Source: Camelus dromedarius (lineage: Eukaryota). From it: a stretch of DNA of 64,000 nt. Below, piece after piece: positions 24,990 to 38,469 of the stretch. The notes under the pieces were generated by a model. It made no database searches. It worked only from the letters and a program-made list of their open reading frames with translations, and was not told where the DNA came from. The stretch is taken from the NCBI RefSeq assembly GCF_036321535.1, contig NC_087436.1, positions 82,276,001 through 82,340,000 of the forward strand, in the 5' to 3' direction. A program made the position numbers and the translations under genes. Each line of letters starts with the position of its first letter. The stretch's first letter is position 1.

Positions 24990-25745
24990 TCCTATAGGAA
25001 AAAAAAATGTAGAAATACACGCTAAACACAAGGAGAATCCCACTTCACACCCAGGAGAATGGCGATAATCAAAGACAAAGACAGCACAAAGCATTGGAGA
25101 AGATGAAGAGAAACCAGAATCCCCATACTCCACTGACAGGCATATAATGCAGTACAGCCCCTATGGGTAACCGTTTGGTAGTTCCTTTAAAAAAAACGAA
25201 TAGCCTCAGCAATTCCACTTGTATGAACCCACCCGAGATAAATGAAAACATGTTCATAAACATGCTTTATGTGAACACTCATGGCATCATGGCAGCATTA
25301 TGCATAACAGCCCCAAACTGGAGACAATCCAAATGATCAACTGGTGAGTGGATAAACAAAATGTAGTATATGCATAAGATGGACTAATATTCAGGGGTAA
25401 AAATGCTATAGTACATATAAAATGAGCCTCAAAACCATCATGCTAAGTGACACAGCAAGATGCAAAAGACTATACAGAGTATAGTTTCACTTATATGATA
25501 TACCCAGCAAAAGCTAATTAATGGACAGGAACACATCAATGGTTGCCTGGAGAGAAAGGCAGGGAGGAAAGGATGGGGAGGAGTGGAGACTGCAAGAAGG
25601 ACGCGTGAAAGTTTTGGAAGCATGATGAAAATGTTCTAAATCCAGATTACGGTGATGTTGGCACAATTTAATAAATTTACTAAATCATGGGTTGTAAACA
25701 TGGGTCACTTTTTTATTATATAAATTATACTTCAATAAAGCCGGT
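24990..25745 (+). mobile_element. Old L1 ORF2 end and 3' UTR fragment
   Basis: CAGCAATTCCACTT...GAAATAAATG-like and GGATAAACAAAATGTAGTATAT motifs; ends AAATTATACTTCAATAAAG. Confidence 0.75.
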
Positions 25746-26269
25746 CTTCAAAAAAGCACAGTGATTTAGTACTGCATCAGAATAGGTATTGAGAAACGAA
25801 ACAAGCAGAAGCAGGAAAATTAGGGCACTTTGTGTTAGAATGCAGTACAAATAGCCACTGTGTTGTTCAGTCCTGAGCTCTGGTTTCCAGACAGGAAAAA
25901 AGATAATTGTTTGCAGACGAATAGGGGGAAATCAGGGAATTTATGGTCAGGTAGGAATTTTATTACTTTTGGCCAAATGCCAAAACAAACTTCTTTTTAA
26001 AGAAAGGTTGCAAAGTTTCAGACAGAATGCAGTTATTTTCTGAATCTACATAACTACTCTGGAGTCCTATTTATGAAGGGATTTAACAGCAATGTGCTAA
26101 GGAACTGGTGTATATAAAATAACTGATACTTGAGACATGCAGGGCAAAGTGATACACACACCAATGCCAAGAAATCTTACATTTCACGATTATCCTTTTA
26201 TGAACTCCCAGTTTAAATTTAAGAAAGAAACTTTAGGCATGACAAAGATATGGGACCAAAAAGCTCATT

Positions 26270-29200
26270 CTGTTAAGGTCTACTAAGAAAGTCAACATGA
26301 AAACTTTACAAAGTCTAGCAGCACATAAGAGAAAGGTTAAGTGAATAACAAGACAAAACTATGCCATTTGGGGGGCTCTAGAACAGAAGTGGCAACATTC
26401 TGCCGGCAGGGGTTATGAAAGACCTGTAGTCTGAAGGGCTCTCCCACTACTGTTAGTTCTTACATAATTATAAACATACTTTAAAATGCTTTACTGGAGT
26501 CTCAGGAAAGCAAGGAAACCTCCAAGGCCAATATAAAAGCTAGACTCTGAGCAGAAGTGGTAAGTAAACAGAAAAGCCACGGATGCCCTGAGGACAAATG
26601 CCACTATCAGCGCTGGGACTGGGACACCAAGCACTGAACCACAGTAAGACTAGCTGAACCTGAGCACCTAGAATTTGGCCAGGAGCCAAGAAGAGAGCAA
26701 AGATGTCCCAGGGCAGTTCCTGGCCTAGAGAAGCAAATGCGAAAAAAACTTTCAGAAAGAACATGCCCAATTTGGAACTTGTGGATTTCCACAGATTCAA
26801 TCAAGAATGCATTTACGAAATAAAATCATCAAACAGGGAAGAATGACACCATAAGGAAAAATTCAGAGACAATAAACAGATTTAGACCTCCTGAGACTTC
26901 AGGTACTGGATTTATCAGCCATGGGATACAGAAAGAACTATCTATGACCCACCCAAAGAAAGAAAAAGATGCAGCAAAAGAAAGGAATTAAGACTAAAAA
27001 TCCATCAAAATTACCAAGCATAGCTAAGAGAGAATGAAGTAGGACTTTTGGGAAAGAAAAACCTAGTAATCAAAATTAAAAATTCAATGGTTTAACAAAA
27101 GGTTACACAGAGCTGAAGTCAAAGTTAGTACATAGGAAGACAGTTTAAAGTTCCAGAAAAACAGAAGTAATATTCAATGAGTCCATGAAAGAAATTTTCA
27201 GGGCAGAAAGATACATCGCAAATATAAGAATCACACTGTATACTAGCAGGACAAGACAAAGAAAGACATATATAGATGCATCCATAGTGAAACTACAGAT
27301 CAGAACAGATGAAGAGATCTTAAAAGCAGCAGCAGAGAAACAGAAGATCCCATAGGAAGGAAGATAATTAGATGGCAGCTGACCTGAAGTACAAAGGAAA
27401 CCAGATAGCAGTGGACTAATAACTTAAAAACAGAGAGAAAACTAGAATTGTATCTAGTAAAACTATCAAGAACAGTTAAGTGCTGTGTATTTGCTGAGAG
27501 TAAACCTTAAGCGTCCTCACCACACACACAGAGAAAGGTAACTGTGAGGTGATGGACTGTGATAATCACCTGACTGATAATCACAAAGTATGCATATGTC
27601 AAATCATATTGTATACTTTAAATTTCATCACTTATACTTCTGAATAAAGCTGAAAACATTAAAAATACATTTTAAAAGTAGTAAAATAAGGACATTTTCA
27701 GATGAACAAAAATGGAGATTACTTTAACAGAACTTCCCCAAAGTAACTTTTGAAATACATCCTTTAGGGAAAAAAAATTACCTCAGAAGGAATGTCTGAG
27801 ATACTAAAAAGAAAAATGATTAAAGTAAACCCAAATAAATATTTAATCATGTTTAAATATGGGCTGCAAAATAACGAAAATACTGAAAAAAGTTGGAAGA
27901 AAAGTGATGAATTTTAGTGCCTTTCATTGTTCAGAAAGGCATTTAACATACTGATTAACTCTAGATTGTGAAATATGCAATGAAATTTTCAAGGTTAACC
28001 GCTGCAAGATTGAAGGAGGTGGAAGGGAAACACAAACCAAAATCCTTCATTTAAAAAAAAAAAAGGTTTTTGGGTAATGGGGAGTGGTGGGGTACTGGTA
28101 AAATTTCTGATCATTTAATCCTCCACCCTAAAAAAAAATTAACCAGCCAGAGCAAGGAGGATAAATTTAAAAAGCCTATGAACATCCTAATCAAACTAGG
28201 AGTTTCAGGAACCCCACAATCTGAGCAGGTATAAGACATTAACAAATGAGGTGTTAACAACGAGTAAGAGGAAAACCACCAGTACTGACCCACGAGAGAG
28301 CCACAGCACTCACTAAGACATGTGGAGAACCAGCTCCAGAACAGCACTGAAACTGGAAGGTGTTTTTGCCTTTATTAATAGCAAGGGAGAACAAAGGGTC
28401 TGAGGCAGGTCTGAAAGGGCTGCAGTATTTTGGGCCCATGAACACTTCAAAACTAACCAGTGAAAGCACCCTTCCAAGATAAAATCCCTAGGCACAGAAT
28501 CAAATACACATCTGAAAATTACACTACTTAAAATAAAACGTTCAATTCTTTTAAATTAGCATAAACATAAATCAGAAAACTTCAACGCACACACACACAG
28601 AAAACTAATCACAATATAGAATCTCAACACATTTCTCTACTGACAGGTCAAACAGCTCAAAGGAAAATAAAAATAGCAATATACAGTAGACTGAACAACA
28701 CAATTAGCTAGTTAGATGTAATATACAAATACAGAAACTACACCACAACATTAGGCTTCTCAAGAATACATAAATAACAACAAAGTTTAACATAACAGGC
28801 CATAAAACAAGTCTCAGTACATTTCCATGAAGTGGAATCAAACATACCATGGTCAGACCAAATGAAATTAAGACATATTTGGTAATTTAAAATATACTTC
28901 TAAACCCATGGATCAAAGAAAAACGTGTATTGAACATTTATAAAATATTTTCAAGTGAAAATTAATGAAAACAGTGCAAATAAAATTTGTGGGATCCAGC
29001 AAATGATATTTTAAAAAGTAAAACTTACCAAAACTGACTTAAAAGAAAACAAAAATACTGAAAGATCATATAACCAGTAAGACACTGAATTGTTAATTTT
29101 TCTGCAAAAGAAAACTAGGTTCAAGATGTTCAAGAAATGGATTATTTCAATGTTAAATAATTCAGAGAACAGAAAAGAGACAATACTCCATAATTCATCA

Positions 29201-30720
29201 TATATGTCATTTAGCACTTGGTTAGACAAATTGACCAATGGAATGGAACAGAAAGTCCCAAAACAGACGTTTACTTACATGGAAATTGGCCATGTAGATA
29301 AAGTCCCTGGGGAAAGGATGAATTAGTCACTAAACAGTTTAAAGAAAACTGGCTATCCACATAGTAAAAAATAAAATTTGTTCTCTCTCACCCATAGACA
29401 AATCAATTCCAGGTGGACTGATGACTATGAGAGACTTTGACTTTTAGAAGAAACAAGAAATATCTTAAGACAAAGAACTACATTTGAATAGGTTAAAATT
29501 AAGAAGTTTTCATTACCCAAAACCCCAAAAGATAAGCCATAAACTGGGAGGAGATATGTGTAATAAAAAAAATGGAAATATTAGTAGCCTATTATGAAGA
29601 ACTCTTGTATAAACAAGAAAAAAGAATGGACAGAAGACATCAATAAATATTTCACAGAAAAAACAGGAATGATTAATAATCATGGAAACATGTTCAACAA
29701 TCAAGAAAATGCAAATTAAAGCCACAATAAAGTATAATTTTATGCCTAACAGATTGGCAAGAACTAGGTCTTACAACAGCAAGTAAGTAATAAACCATAC
29801 TGTAAACTGACATAACCATTTTGGAAAGTAATTTTGCATTATCTTGTAAAACTCTCATAAAGCTGATCAAGCATCTATCTTACAGCCAACTCTGCTTCTA
29901 GGTATATACTCTAAGAAACTTGCACATGTGTACCAAGAAACTATATATGAATGTTCATTTTGGCACTATAAAAGCCAAAAAAAAAAAAAAAAAAGAAAAG
30001 GGAAACTATACCCAACATAAAATTTAAAAAAACAAAACTATTGAATGAAAAGATCAAGTTACCTAAGACATAGAGAATATTATTTTTAATAAAGCTCATC
30101 AAAGAAATTATGAAAGTAAACAATGCATGGCTTAGGTATAGTGGTATAAAAACAGAAGGAAAAAAGGCAAAGGAATGATTAATTCTGGACAGTACTTACC
30201 TGTGGGAAGAAAGGAGGCTGGGGACTGGAATTAAGGAACACAGAGTCAATATCACCAGAAATGTTCTGGTTCTTAATTAGGGAGTAGATATGTAGGTGTT
30301 TTATTAGTATGCTTAATAACTTTCATGTTGCATCTACTTTCATATACACATCAAATATTACATATAGAAATACAGTGACCAGTAGTTGCTAGAGGCAATG
30401 TATGGGGTGGGAGAAATGGGTAAAGGGGATCAAAAGATACAAACTTCCAGTTGTAAAATAAGTAAGTCCTGGGGATGTAATGTACAGCATTGTGACTATA
30501 GTTAATGAAAGTGCACTGCATATTTGAAAGGCACTAAGAGAGATCGTAAAGCTTCTCATCACAAGAAAAAAATTTTGTAATTATGTGGATGACAGATGTT
30601 CACTAGATTTACTGTGATCATTTCACAACATACATACATTGAATCATGTTGTACACCTGAAACATAATTATATCTCAATAAAATAAATGAAAACTGACAA
30701 AAAATAGTGACCAGAAATAC
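26270..30720 (+). mobile_element. Mosaic of degenerate old L1 sequence (ORF1, ORF2, 3' ends) with nested younger L1 3' ends at ~27480-27670 and ~30370-30700
   Basis: A-rich + strand; AAGACATTTTCAGATGAACAAAA, GACCAATGGAATGGAACAGAAAGTCC, GAAAATGCAAATTAAAGCCACAAT, ACTTCCAGTTGTAAAATAAGTAAGTCCTGGGGATGTAATGTACAGCAT; no long ORF. Confidence 0.7.
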
Positions 30721-31079
30721 TTTCATACTGCTAAGAAAAGGCTATGAAAAAAATCATCTTTCCTTAAGTATGTATGTACTACCTTGAAAAAGTAGAGGCA
30801 TAGCTGGTTAGGTGGAACAGGGGAATTTTTAAGTCACAAAGAATACTGGTCAACCATTGATTAATTGTGGATCTTGGGCAAGTTACTTGTCTTTGAATTT
30901 ATTCTTTTTAACTGTAAAATGCAGAATTACTGCAAAGATTAAAATGTTACTATAAAGTGACTGGCACAGACTATACATTAAAAAATTGTAGTTATTAATT
31001 ACAGGGCTATTACCCAAAATTAATGCCTTATATTCTAAATAGTTTGTTCAGGTAGACTGAATTTAGCCTCAACCAGTAA

Positions 31080-34000
31080 GATAATGTAAGAATGATTTAT
31101 TAAAACAACAAAACCCACCAGAATTTCTGCATTCAAATAAGGTTTTCCTCTCAAAGAAACAATATATTTTTCATACCTCTGACTCACTCATTTTGCAACT
31201 AGAAATCAGTACCTCTTAATTTCCCTCTCCTATTTCTCTCCTCCCCTCAACCTCCCCACTCTGGCAACCACCTGTTTGTTCTCTACATCTATAACTCTGT
31301 TTCTATTATGTTTGTTCTTTTTTTTTTTTTTTTTAGATTCCATATACATGTGAAATCATGCATTATTTGTCTTTCTAAAGAAGATAAATACTTTTTTACT
31401 CAAATTACTATTGCTTAGGGTAATTTTAGAAATCTTCCATTGGAACTGTTGATTTTTGAAAAAATCCTTTCCAGGAGGAAAATCTTAATTCTTTGAAGGT
31501 AGAATTTCACCTGTGATAGTCATAAAATATTTTGAAATCAAGTCTGATGAATAAAGTACACAATGCCATTATCAAGTTAAGTTCTGGTCAAAATTAACAT
31601 ATGACTATGATGAGACTAATTAACTCTTGAGTGACCTAAAAATGGATCTTCAGGCTATTTTCAAAGAGGAGTTTCAGAAAAGTTTTTAGCAATGGCAAGA
31701 TAGGTAGAAAAACAAAATTCATGCTTCATGAGGTTACTAATTGGAAGGACAACATCCATTTAATGCATAAAGAATCACATTTATATACTACAAGCCTGCA
31801 ATTGCTGAAGAGACAACTGCTTAAATCGGTTGCTTTTAACTTTCAATTTTTGTAAGGTAACAAAAATCTTCCTATTTTCAGTTAAATATGAAGATCCTTT
31901 CTTTGAGGAGAATAATGTTACAGTCAACCTACTAAATCTTTGTATCTGAGGGATGGAAAATAAACAATTACATAGTTGTGAAAAGATTCTATAAAAAGCA
32001 ATCAAACAATGAAAAACAGGCTGTACAGAAAGCAGTTCCTATTTATAATAAATACATGCAATATGTTTTGAATCAATAAAAAGCACTGATGTGAACCTAA
32101 CTTTCTGATCTCAGTACCTGGTAGTATATATGATAATTATTCTGACTTGCTGGAATAGTACTACATAAATTTATACATGATTTTAAGAAAATATAGAGAG
32201 GTTTTATTGACACTTGTAACTCCACATAAAGGAAAAAAAAGAAAGTCAATTACATTCCAGTATAGTTTCTTTAAAAGTCTGGTATGATAAACCACAGAAA
32301 ACATTCTTAACTAAGACATGAATTAGATTCTAAACGCATTCTCTATCATATAAGACATAGAAAGGAACAAAGAAAACTCAAGTTTACCGTTTGCAAGAGT
32401 AGTTTATACAATTTCAACAATCTCTTATCTAGGCATTAAGCTCAAAATGCATTTAGGAATTAAGCGAATGAATAATACTCCTTGGAGGGAGTACAAAATT
32501 TATTCATACATTTTAAAATGATCAATTAGTTACAGAGGATATAGTAAAATTAGTCAAAAGCAATTATCACGTAATTTGTTTTTAAAGTGGCAGTGCAATA
32601 CAGTAAAAGCACTGGCTTTAATAACTATATGGGAGAATCAAACAATATTTCTAGAAATATTCCTTAAAGAAATGTGTAAATTTTCACTTTTTTCTGTTTT
32701 CCATTTATAATTTCTGAATTTTAGCTCTATTTTATGTCCTTTTGGTAGTTGTATTAACATCTGAAGTTAAAGTTACAGGCCTGTAGCCATCCTCTTTGAA
32801 TATTTCATCTTTCTATTCCTATGGATATAATCATCTTTCAATTGCATGATTCCTTCTGCCTGATTCATATTTCATATCTCAGTGAATGTTTTTAATAGAG
32901 ACTGCATATGGATTCTACTTTTAATCTTTTCAAATCACTGTCAGGTCCTTCAAGGCTATGCTTCTGCTCACACATGATGTAACAGCCAGCCACATGTTCC
33001 CTTTATTTCCATATTTTATGGGTAGCTAGGGGATCCACTTAGGATATTAGATGACTACTGTATAGACAAAACCAGTAATGGAAATGTAATACCTTTATGC
33101 TCCTATATTCTATACACATGACAAAGGCAGAAATACGTTCAAGAAAAAAACATTCTAAGTAATCTTAGAAACAATAAGATTCCCTCCCCTACAAAAATAA
33201 ATATAACACACTAGTAACCATAAAAACATTATAATACAAGAAATGCATTATTATACAAGAACTCCATTAGACATGAGAAATAGCTGAAGCCAGGTTTTGA
33301 GCCTTATTCCCACATTCAGCCAGTTGTAGCCAGTCCAGTGAGTGCTACAGAGTCAAATGCTTTTGGGACTGACTGAAATATGGGTACAGTTGTACAAGAG
33401 AACACTGGTTCAGATCCAGCAATGACTTATGGACTTGCCCAGAGGCTGACAGAAAAAAAATGGCATAATTTGGAACCTTTTAAATCTGCTTCATGAAAGA
33501 CCTTTATCTGCTAGCCAAGCCTTCTCACATTTTTTCTTTTTCTGATCGGATATACCCAAGGCACTAGGCTTTTGCAATGTGGCTTTCTGCCTTACTGTAC
33601 TGATAAGCCCAGGTTGCCATTTCATGAGGACCATTACAGCTACTAGGCAATGAACTTCAGGGATGGATATATAGGGGAAGTATTCTTCACTGCCCCAGCT
33701 TCCTTGTGAACAAGATAACTGACCAGCAGTAAACTATACTAAGTCTAAGGCATTACTGAACGAAATTTAGGAAGGCCTGGAAGAGAGATACTGAACTACA
33801 CTGCAAATACAAAATAGAATATTTTAATAGTCATCATAAATATTTATAAAATATATACATATAATGAACAGGCCGTTTTATAACGCTGGTAAAACCATGA
33901 AGAGCAGTTAGATCAGTAGGTGTATCAATATCTAGCTTCAAATTAATGTAAAGAAAAAATTTCAATTAAAGTTCAATAAATACACTAGAGAGGAATAAAT

Positions 34001-35099
34001 ATAACAGAAAAAACAGTAGTTTCAATTTTCCTCTGTTTTTACAGTATCTTGAACTAATCATAAAGTATAGTCTGTAAAGGGTTTTTATAAAAATGCATTC
34101 CTTTTCTGATAATAAATAAATCCAGATTCTGTACAGTTAGAAAAACTATGATGGTGGCAAATAGCAAAATAGAAAGTTAATAAATCTTGGGTTCAAAATC
34201 AAAAGAATAAATCAACGAGGAGAGCTAAACATATTTTCAGAGTCCTTCCATTAGGGAGTCGTGTCATGAACACCATTCACTCTCACAGTATCTCACCTGG
34301 GCACTAGAATAATGTCGACTCTAAAGCCTTCTTCTCCAGTATCTCCTCTGGCTCCATTTTTGCTTATTATGAAACAAATCCTTTTTGCGTGAGATGAAAA
34401 AATAAAAGTGTAGATTCGTTCAGATGGAAATAGTTCAGTTAGGTCTTTTGGTGTCCTAACAATTCAAACTGAAATTAAGGGCTTCTTACAGCATCCCTAT
34501 AAAATTCTGAAAATGCAGCCAAGGGGCACTCAGAAAGATGAAACACTTTTTCTACTTCTGTAAATATCCAAGAAATTGAAAAATCAACACCTAAAAAAAG
34601 CACGGCATAAATTCATCAGCACCAAAGAGAAATGATCTTCAGTTGGAGCAGGTCCATTATGTGTCCTGGTATCCTTGTGTTGATGAATGGGTTCTAACTT
34701 CCCCTCTAGGAAAAATCCACTGTCTAAGGTTAACACCTTTAGGCAAAAGGTAAAGCTCAGCAAATGAATCCATTTTACATTTTGATTCATCCACACTTTT
34801 TTAAAAAGAGATTTCCAAGTTTTGGCACTAATTTAAACATTTTTTTGGAGGTATGGTTTCAGGCTAGACTGTCTTCCTTCCCTACTTCATTATTTGCTAC
34901 AGTGGGAAATAGCAAATTGAACTTTATTACTAGTAATTCTTCAGTTACCATTCCAAAAGTTATGCTTAGTCACAATACAAGTTTACATTTAAATAAGACT
35001 CTAGCAGTTGTTAAAACTGTTCAAAGGCAGTCATTACAAAATCCTAGTTGTCTTTCTTCCCTATCAGATATGACTAAATAGTTGGTGCTGGAACTCCCA
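31080..35099 (-). other. KLHL8: KLHL8 3' UTR (distal end uncertain)
   Basis: Mostly repeat-poor, U-rich on minus strand; candidate signals AATAAA at 34923, 33002, 32499, 32203, 31096 and ATTAAA at 33823. Confidence 0.55.
31190..31378 (-). mobile_element. L1 3' fragment
   Basis: CTCTGGCAACCACCTGTTTGTTCTCTAC...TTTTAGATTCCATATACATGTGAAATCATG...TATTTGTCTTTC. Confidence 0.7.
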
Positions 35100-35223
35100 T
35101 CACATACAGTCAACCACATTACTGGATCCATGACCTACATCTCGAATTTGGCTAGTTAAACAGGCACACACAGCTACACCTGCTCCAGCTCTGCAGTGAG
35201 ACACAGATCCAACAAGCTCCCAC
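35100..35223 (-). CDS. KLHL8: KLHL8 terminal coding exon with TGA stop
   Basis: TTTCAG acceptor; WELVGSVSHCRAGAGVAVCACLTSQIRDVGHGSSNVVDCM*; nine exons sum to 1860 nt. Confidence 0.96.
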
Positions 35224-35462
35224 CTGAAAAGACAGAGGAGAAAGAATGTCATCTTAAAACAAATCATGATTTACTTTACTCAAAAGACAAAACAAAAACT
35301 CCCTATTATGGGACTGGTTTTGAAAGACAGTAAAAGCTTCCTAGCGGAGATAAGATATCCCAAATGTTTTCTATTAACTACGTCTAGCAGTATTTTAGCA
35401 CTCTGGAGTAATGTTACTGAAAGAACCCATTAAAGAAAGCATAGAGGAAAAATAAAAATTAC

Positions 35463-35664
35463 CTATTCAGCACTGGATCAAATGCTTCTACTGTATTTAA
35501 GTATGCATTGCCATTATGACCACCAACTGCAAAGATTTTGCCCATCACTGTCGCGATCCCCACTCCACCCCTGGGAGTGGTAAGAGCTGCTACATAATCC
35601 CACTTGTTGCTTCGAGGGTCGTACCGCTCAACTGAACTCAGAGGAGAATTATCATCAAAACCTC
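35463..35664 (-). CDS. KLHL8: KLHL8 coding exon, 202 nt (kelch repeats)
   Basis: TGTAG acceptor, GTAATT donor; GFDDNSPLSSVERYDPRSNKW...VEAFDPVLN(R). Confidence 0.96.
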
Positions 35665-37920
35665 CTACATGAAGAAAGATATTTAAAATAGCATTATCTT
35701 TCACAGAAATTAACCATTCAATCTCAATTCAATAGCTTCTACAAACCAAGCTTTTCAAAACATTTTAGAAAATCCCACCATCTATCACTACTACCAACTC
35801 CTATTAGATATTTTCTGTAATTCAAGATAATTTAAATTCTCCTCAACACTAGGATTAAAAATCTTAAAGTGGGAAAAACTGGAGTCCCTGTATTCAAGCA
35901 GATAATTTAGGAGAAAAGAAAAAACCCCACAACATTCATATAATTTTTCCTTAGACTCCTAAAGGCAAGCAAGACAGTACTGAGATTCCTTCTCACGGTG
36001 TATACATGTATATATTAGATTTTAAACAGCAAGAGGGCTTGAGAAGAGAATAAACTACACTAAATCATCTGACTCTTTTAGGTATAAGTTAAACTTTTCC
36101 AACTGTTTCCCTTAGTTCTATAATTGCCATAATTACAGAGATGGTGGACTATGACTGAATTCTTACTGATTTTTGCCAAAACTATATCTTTGTGCTATAT
36201 ATTATAGATGATGATAGTCCTCTCTATAGATCATCCCAACAATGTCACTTATTATGTTCCTGAGGGTTAAACATAGAGACTGTCCTTTTAACAGTGCTCC
36301 TTCCTTTAAAAATAAACGTGTCTCTTTTTAGGCTCCATCTCAGTCTACGTGAGTAACAGCTCTCCCTGGTGACTAAGCCTATTTTCCTGAGGACAGGAAG
36401 TGCTGATATTATGACCAGTCTATTTAGAAACAAGGTCAGCTAAAAAAAAAAAAAAAAATCAACAAAGTCAACTTCTCTAATGAGTCTAATGAGTTTAATT
36501 TTATTTAATCAACTGAGGTAAAAATCCACTGATCATAGTGCATATTTCAATGAATTTTAACAAATGTATATAGCAATTTCATCACTATCACAACTATATT
36601 TTTTCATTGTAACAAAGGCTTTAGTTTTAATTATTGCTCATGCTCATGTAGAAGATTAAGTTTTTAAAACAGGGTATTTATACTTTTCTAGCCCACTTTT
36701 TCATTGGACCCCCTATCACTTTCTTAGGTAATACATACGAATTTTGAATAAAGAACTCAAAGCAGAAGAACAGAAAAGGCAGGATGCAATTAGCTTCCTG
36801 TAAAGTTACCTTCAAAATTTTCTTATTCAAATCGGTAGTGCCTGTTTTAAGTAGGACTTGAATGACCAAGAGGGTTTGTTTTTAAGGTTCAACCTTAAGT
36901 CAGTCTTATCTTTACTAGGTCTGTTCTACCTATAAGGGCCCAGAAGATTTAGTAAGTAACAGCAGCAGTGATACTCCTATTGACGTACAACACATAACAA
37001 TGCCTATGCTAGGCAGGGAGCTGTGAGACGTAAATTGTTATTTCTCTTCTTGTTTAATACACATGAGCACTGAAATACTCAGTAATACTTCTATTATTTG
37101 CAGACATTTAAATGCTAATAATATCCCACTCTCTTATCAAGAACTCTCAGTTCTGTAACACCAATTTACATCAACATAAGAAAGTGTGACATACACTAGC
37201 GACCCCCTCTCCAAATTCATCTCCTCCTCTTGTAAAGGAAGGCATTATTAATTACAATATATCTACCTGTGTACTGGTAACAAATAACAAACACAGTTTG
37301 AAAAGCTTAACATACATCATCTTGGAGTCTTAAAATAATTTTTAAAGATAGGCATTATTATCCCCATTTCATAATTCTTTAAAAACCTTGCTATTGGAAA
37401 TGTGTTAAGTGGACCAGAAATAGCACCAATTATCACTTGGGAGCTGCTAGAAATACAGAATCTGGGCCTCGCCAGATTATTCCTTCCATATGAAAGTCTG
37501 AGAAAGTACCGTATAGTAAGTCAGAAAGCAATACAGAGATGCTAATAGCTATTATGCATATGAAATACCTATTAGTTTGCTTAAAGTAGTCAACATAATT
37601 CCCTTGAAATGAAGATGAGAAAAACATGTCTTAGGTCTTTAAATATTTATTTTAACAAAGCACATTCAATCTGTGTCCTGACATTAAAAAATGTCTTATT
37701 TAAATGTAATCCCCTACTTCAGATTACTTGCTACTCTTAGTAAAAATATGGAGGTAGAGTTTAAACATGAAAGATGAGATGAAAACAAAAAAGCATGAAT
37801 ATGAACCTTAAGAATTCAAAAGCAGATCTTAGGACTGACTCCACTTGAGCCTAAATGCAATGCAATTTGTGTTACTGTGTTTATGTCCTGTAAAAAATTA
37901 GAGAAATACCATCCACTTAC

Positions 37921-38080
37921 CAACAACGTATAAGCAACCATGGAGCTCACTAACTCCATTGCCTGCTCTTCGCTGACCCATTTCTTTAACTTCTATCCAC
38001 TTATCGAGATGTGGATCATACCTCTCCACACTAGATAGAGAAGCTACTCCATCATTGCCACCTACTGCATAAACATGGTT
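37921..38080 (-). CDS. KLHL8: KLHL8 coding exon, 160 nt (kelch repeat)
   Basis: TTTAG acceptor, GTAAGT donor; NHVYAVGGNDGVASLSSVERYDPHLDKWIEVKEMGQRRAGNGVSELHGCLYVV. Confidence 0.96.
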
Positions 38081-38300
38081 CTAAATAAAGAAAAAAATAA
38101 AAACACATGACATTAGATTCTGAATTGGATTTTCTGCTGTCCTAACGGTAGACTAGAATGTGCGAGAGAGCAGTATTTCATGGAAGAGTCTGGGGTGTAA
38201 TCATTAACTGCATCCTGGAGATATGAATACACAGGTCTTTCCTTTTTGGTTAGGGATGTGATACAATCCAATCCAGTGAGCAAGCTGCAACATAACTTAC

Positions 38301-38469
38301 CACAAGAGCCACAGAGCCGACTCCTCCACGGGGAGTGTTCATTGGTGCCACTGTACTCCACTGATCAGATTCTATGTCATATCTCTCCACGTCGTTGAAA
38401 CAAGTGTTGTCATCTAAACCTCCAATTGCATATATTGGGCCTCCCAAGGAGGCCAAGGCAATTCCTCGC
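38301..38469 (-). CDS. KLHL8: KLHL8 coding exon, 169 nt (kelch repeat)
   Basis: TGCAG acceptor, GTAAGT donor; RGIALASLGGPIYAIGGLDDNTCF...RGGVGSVALV. Confidence 0.96.
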
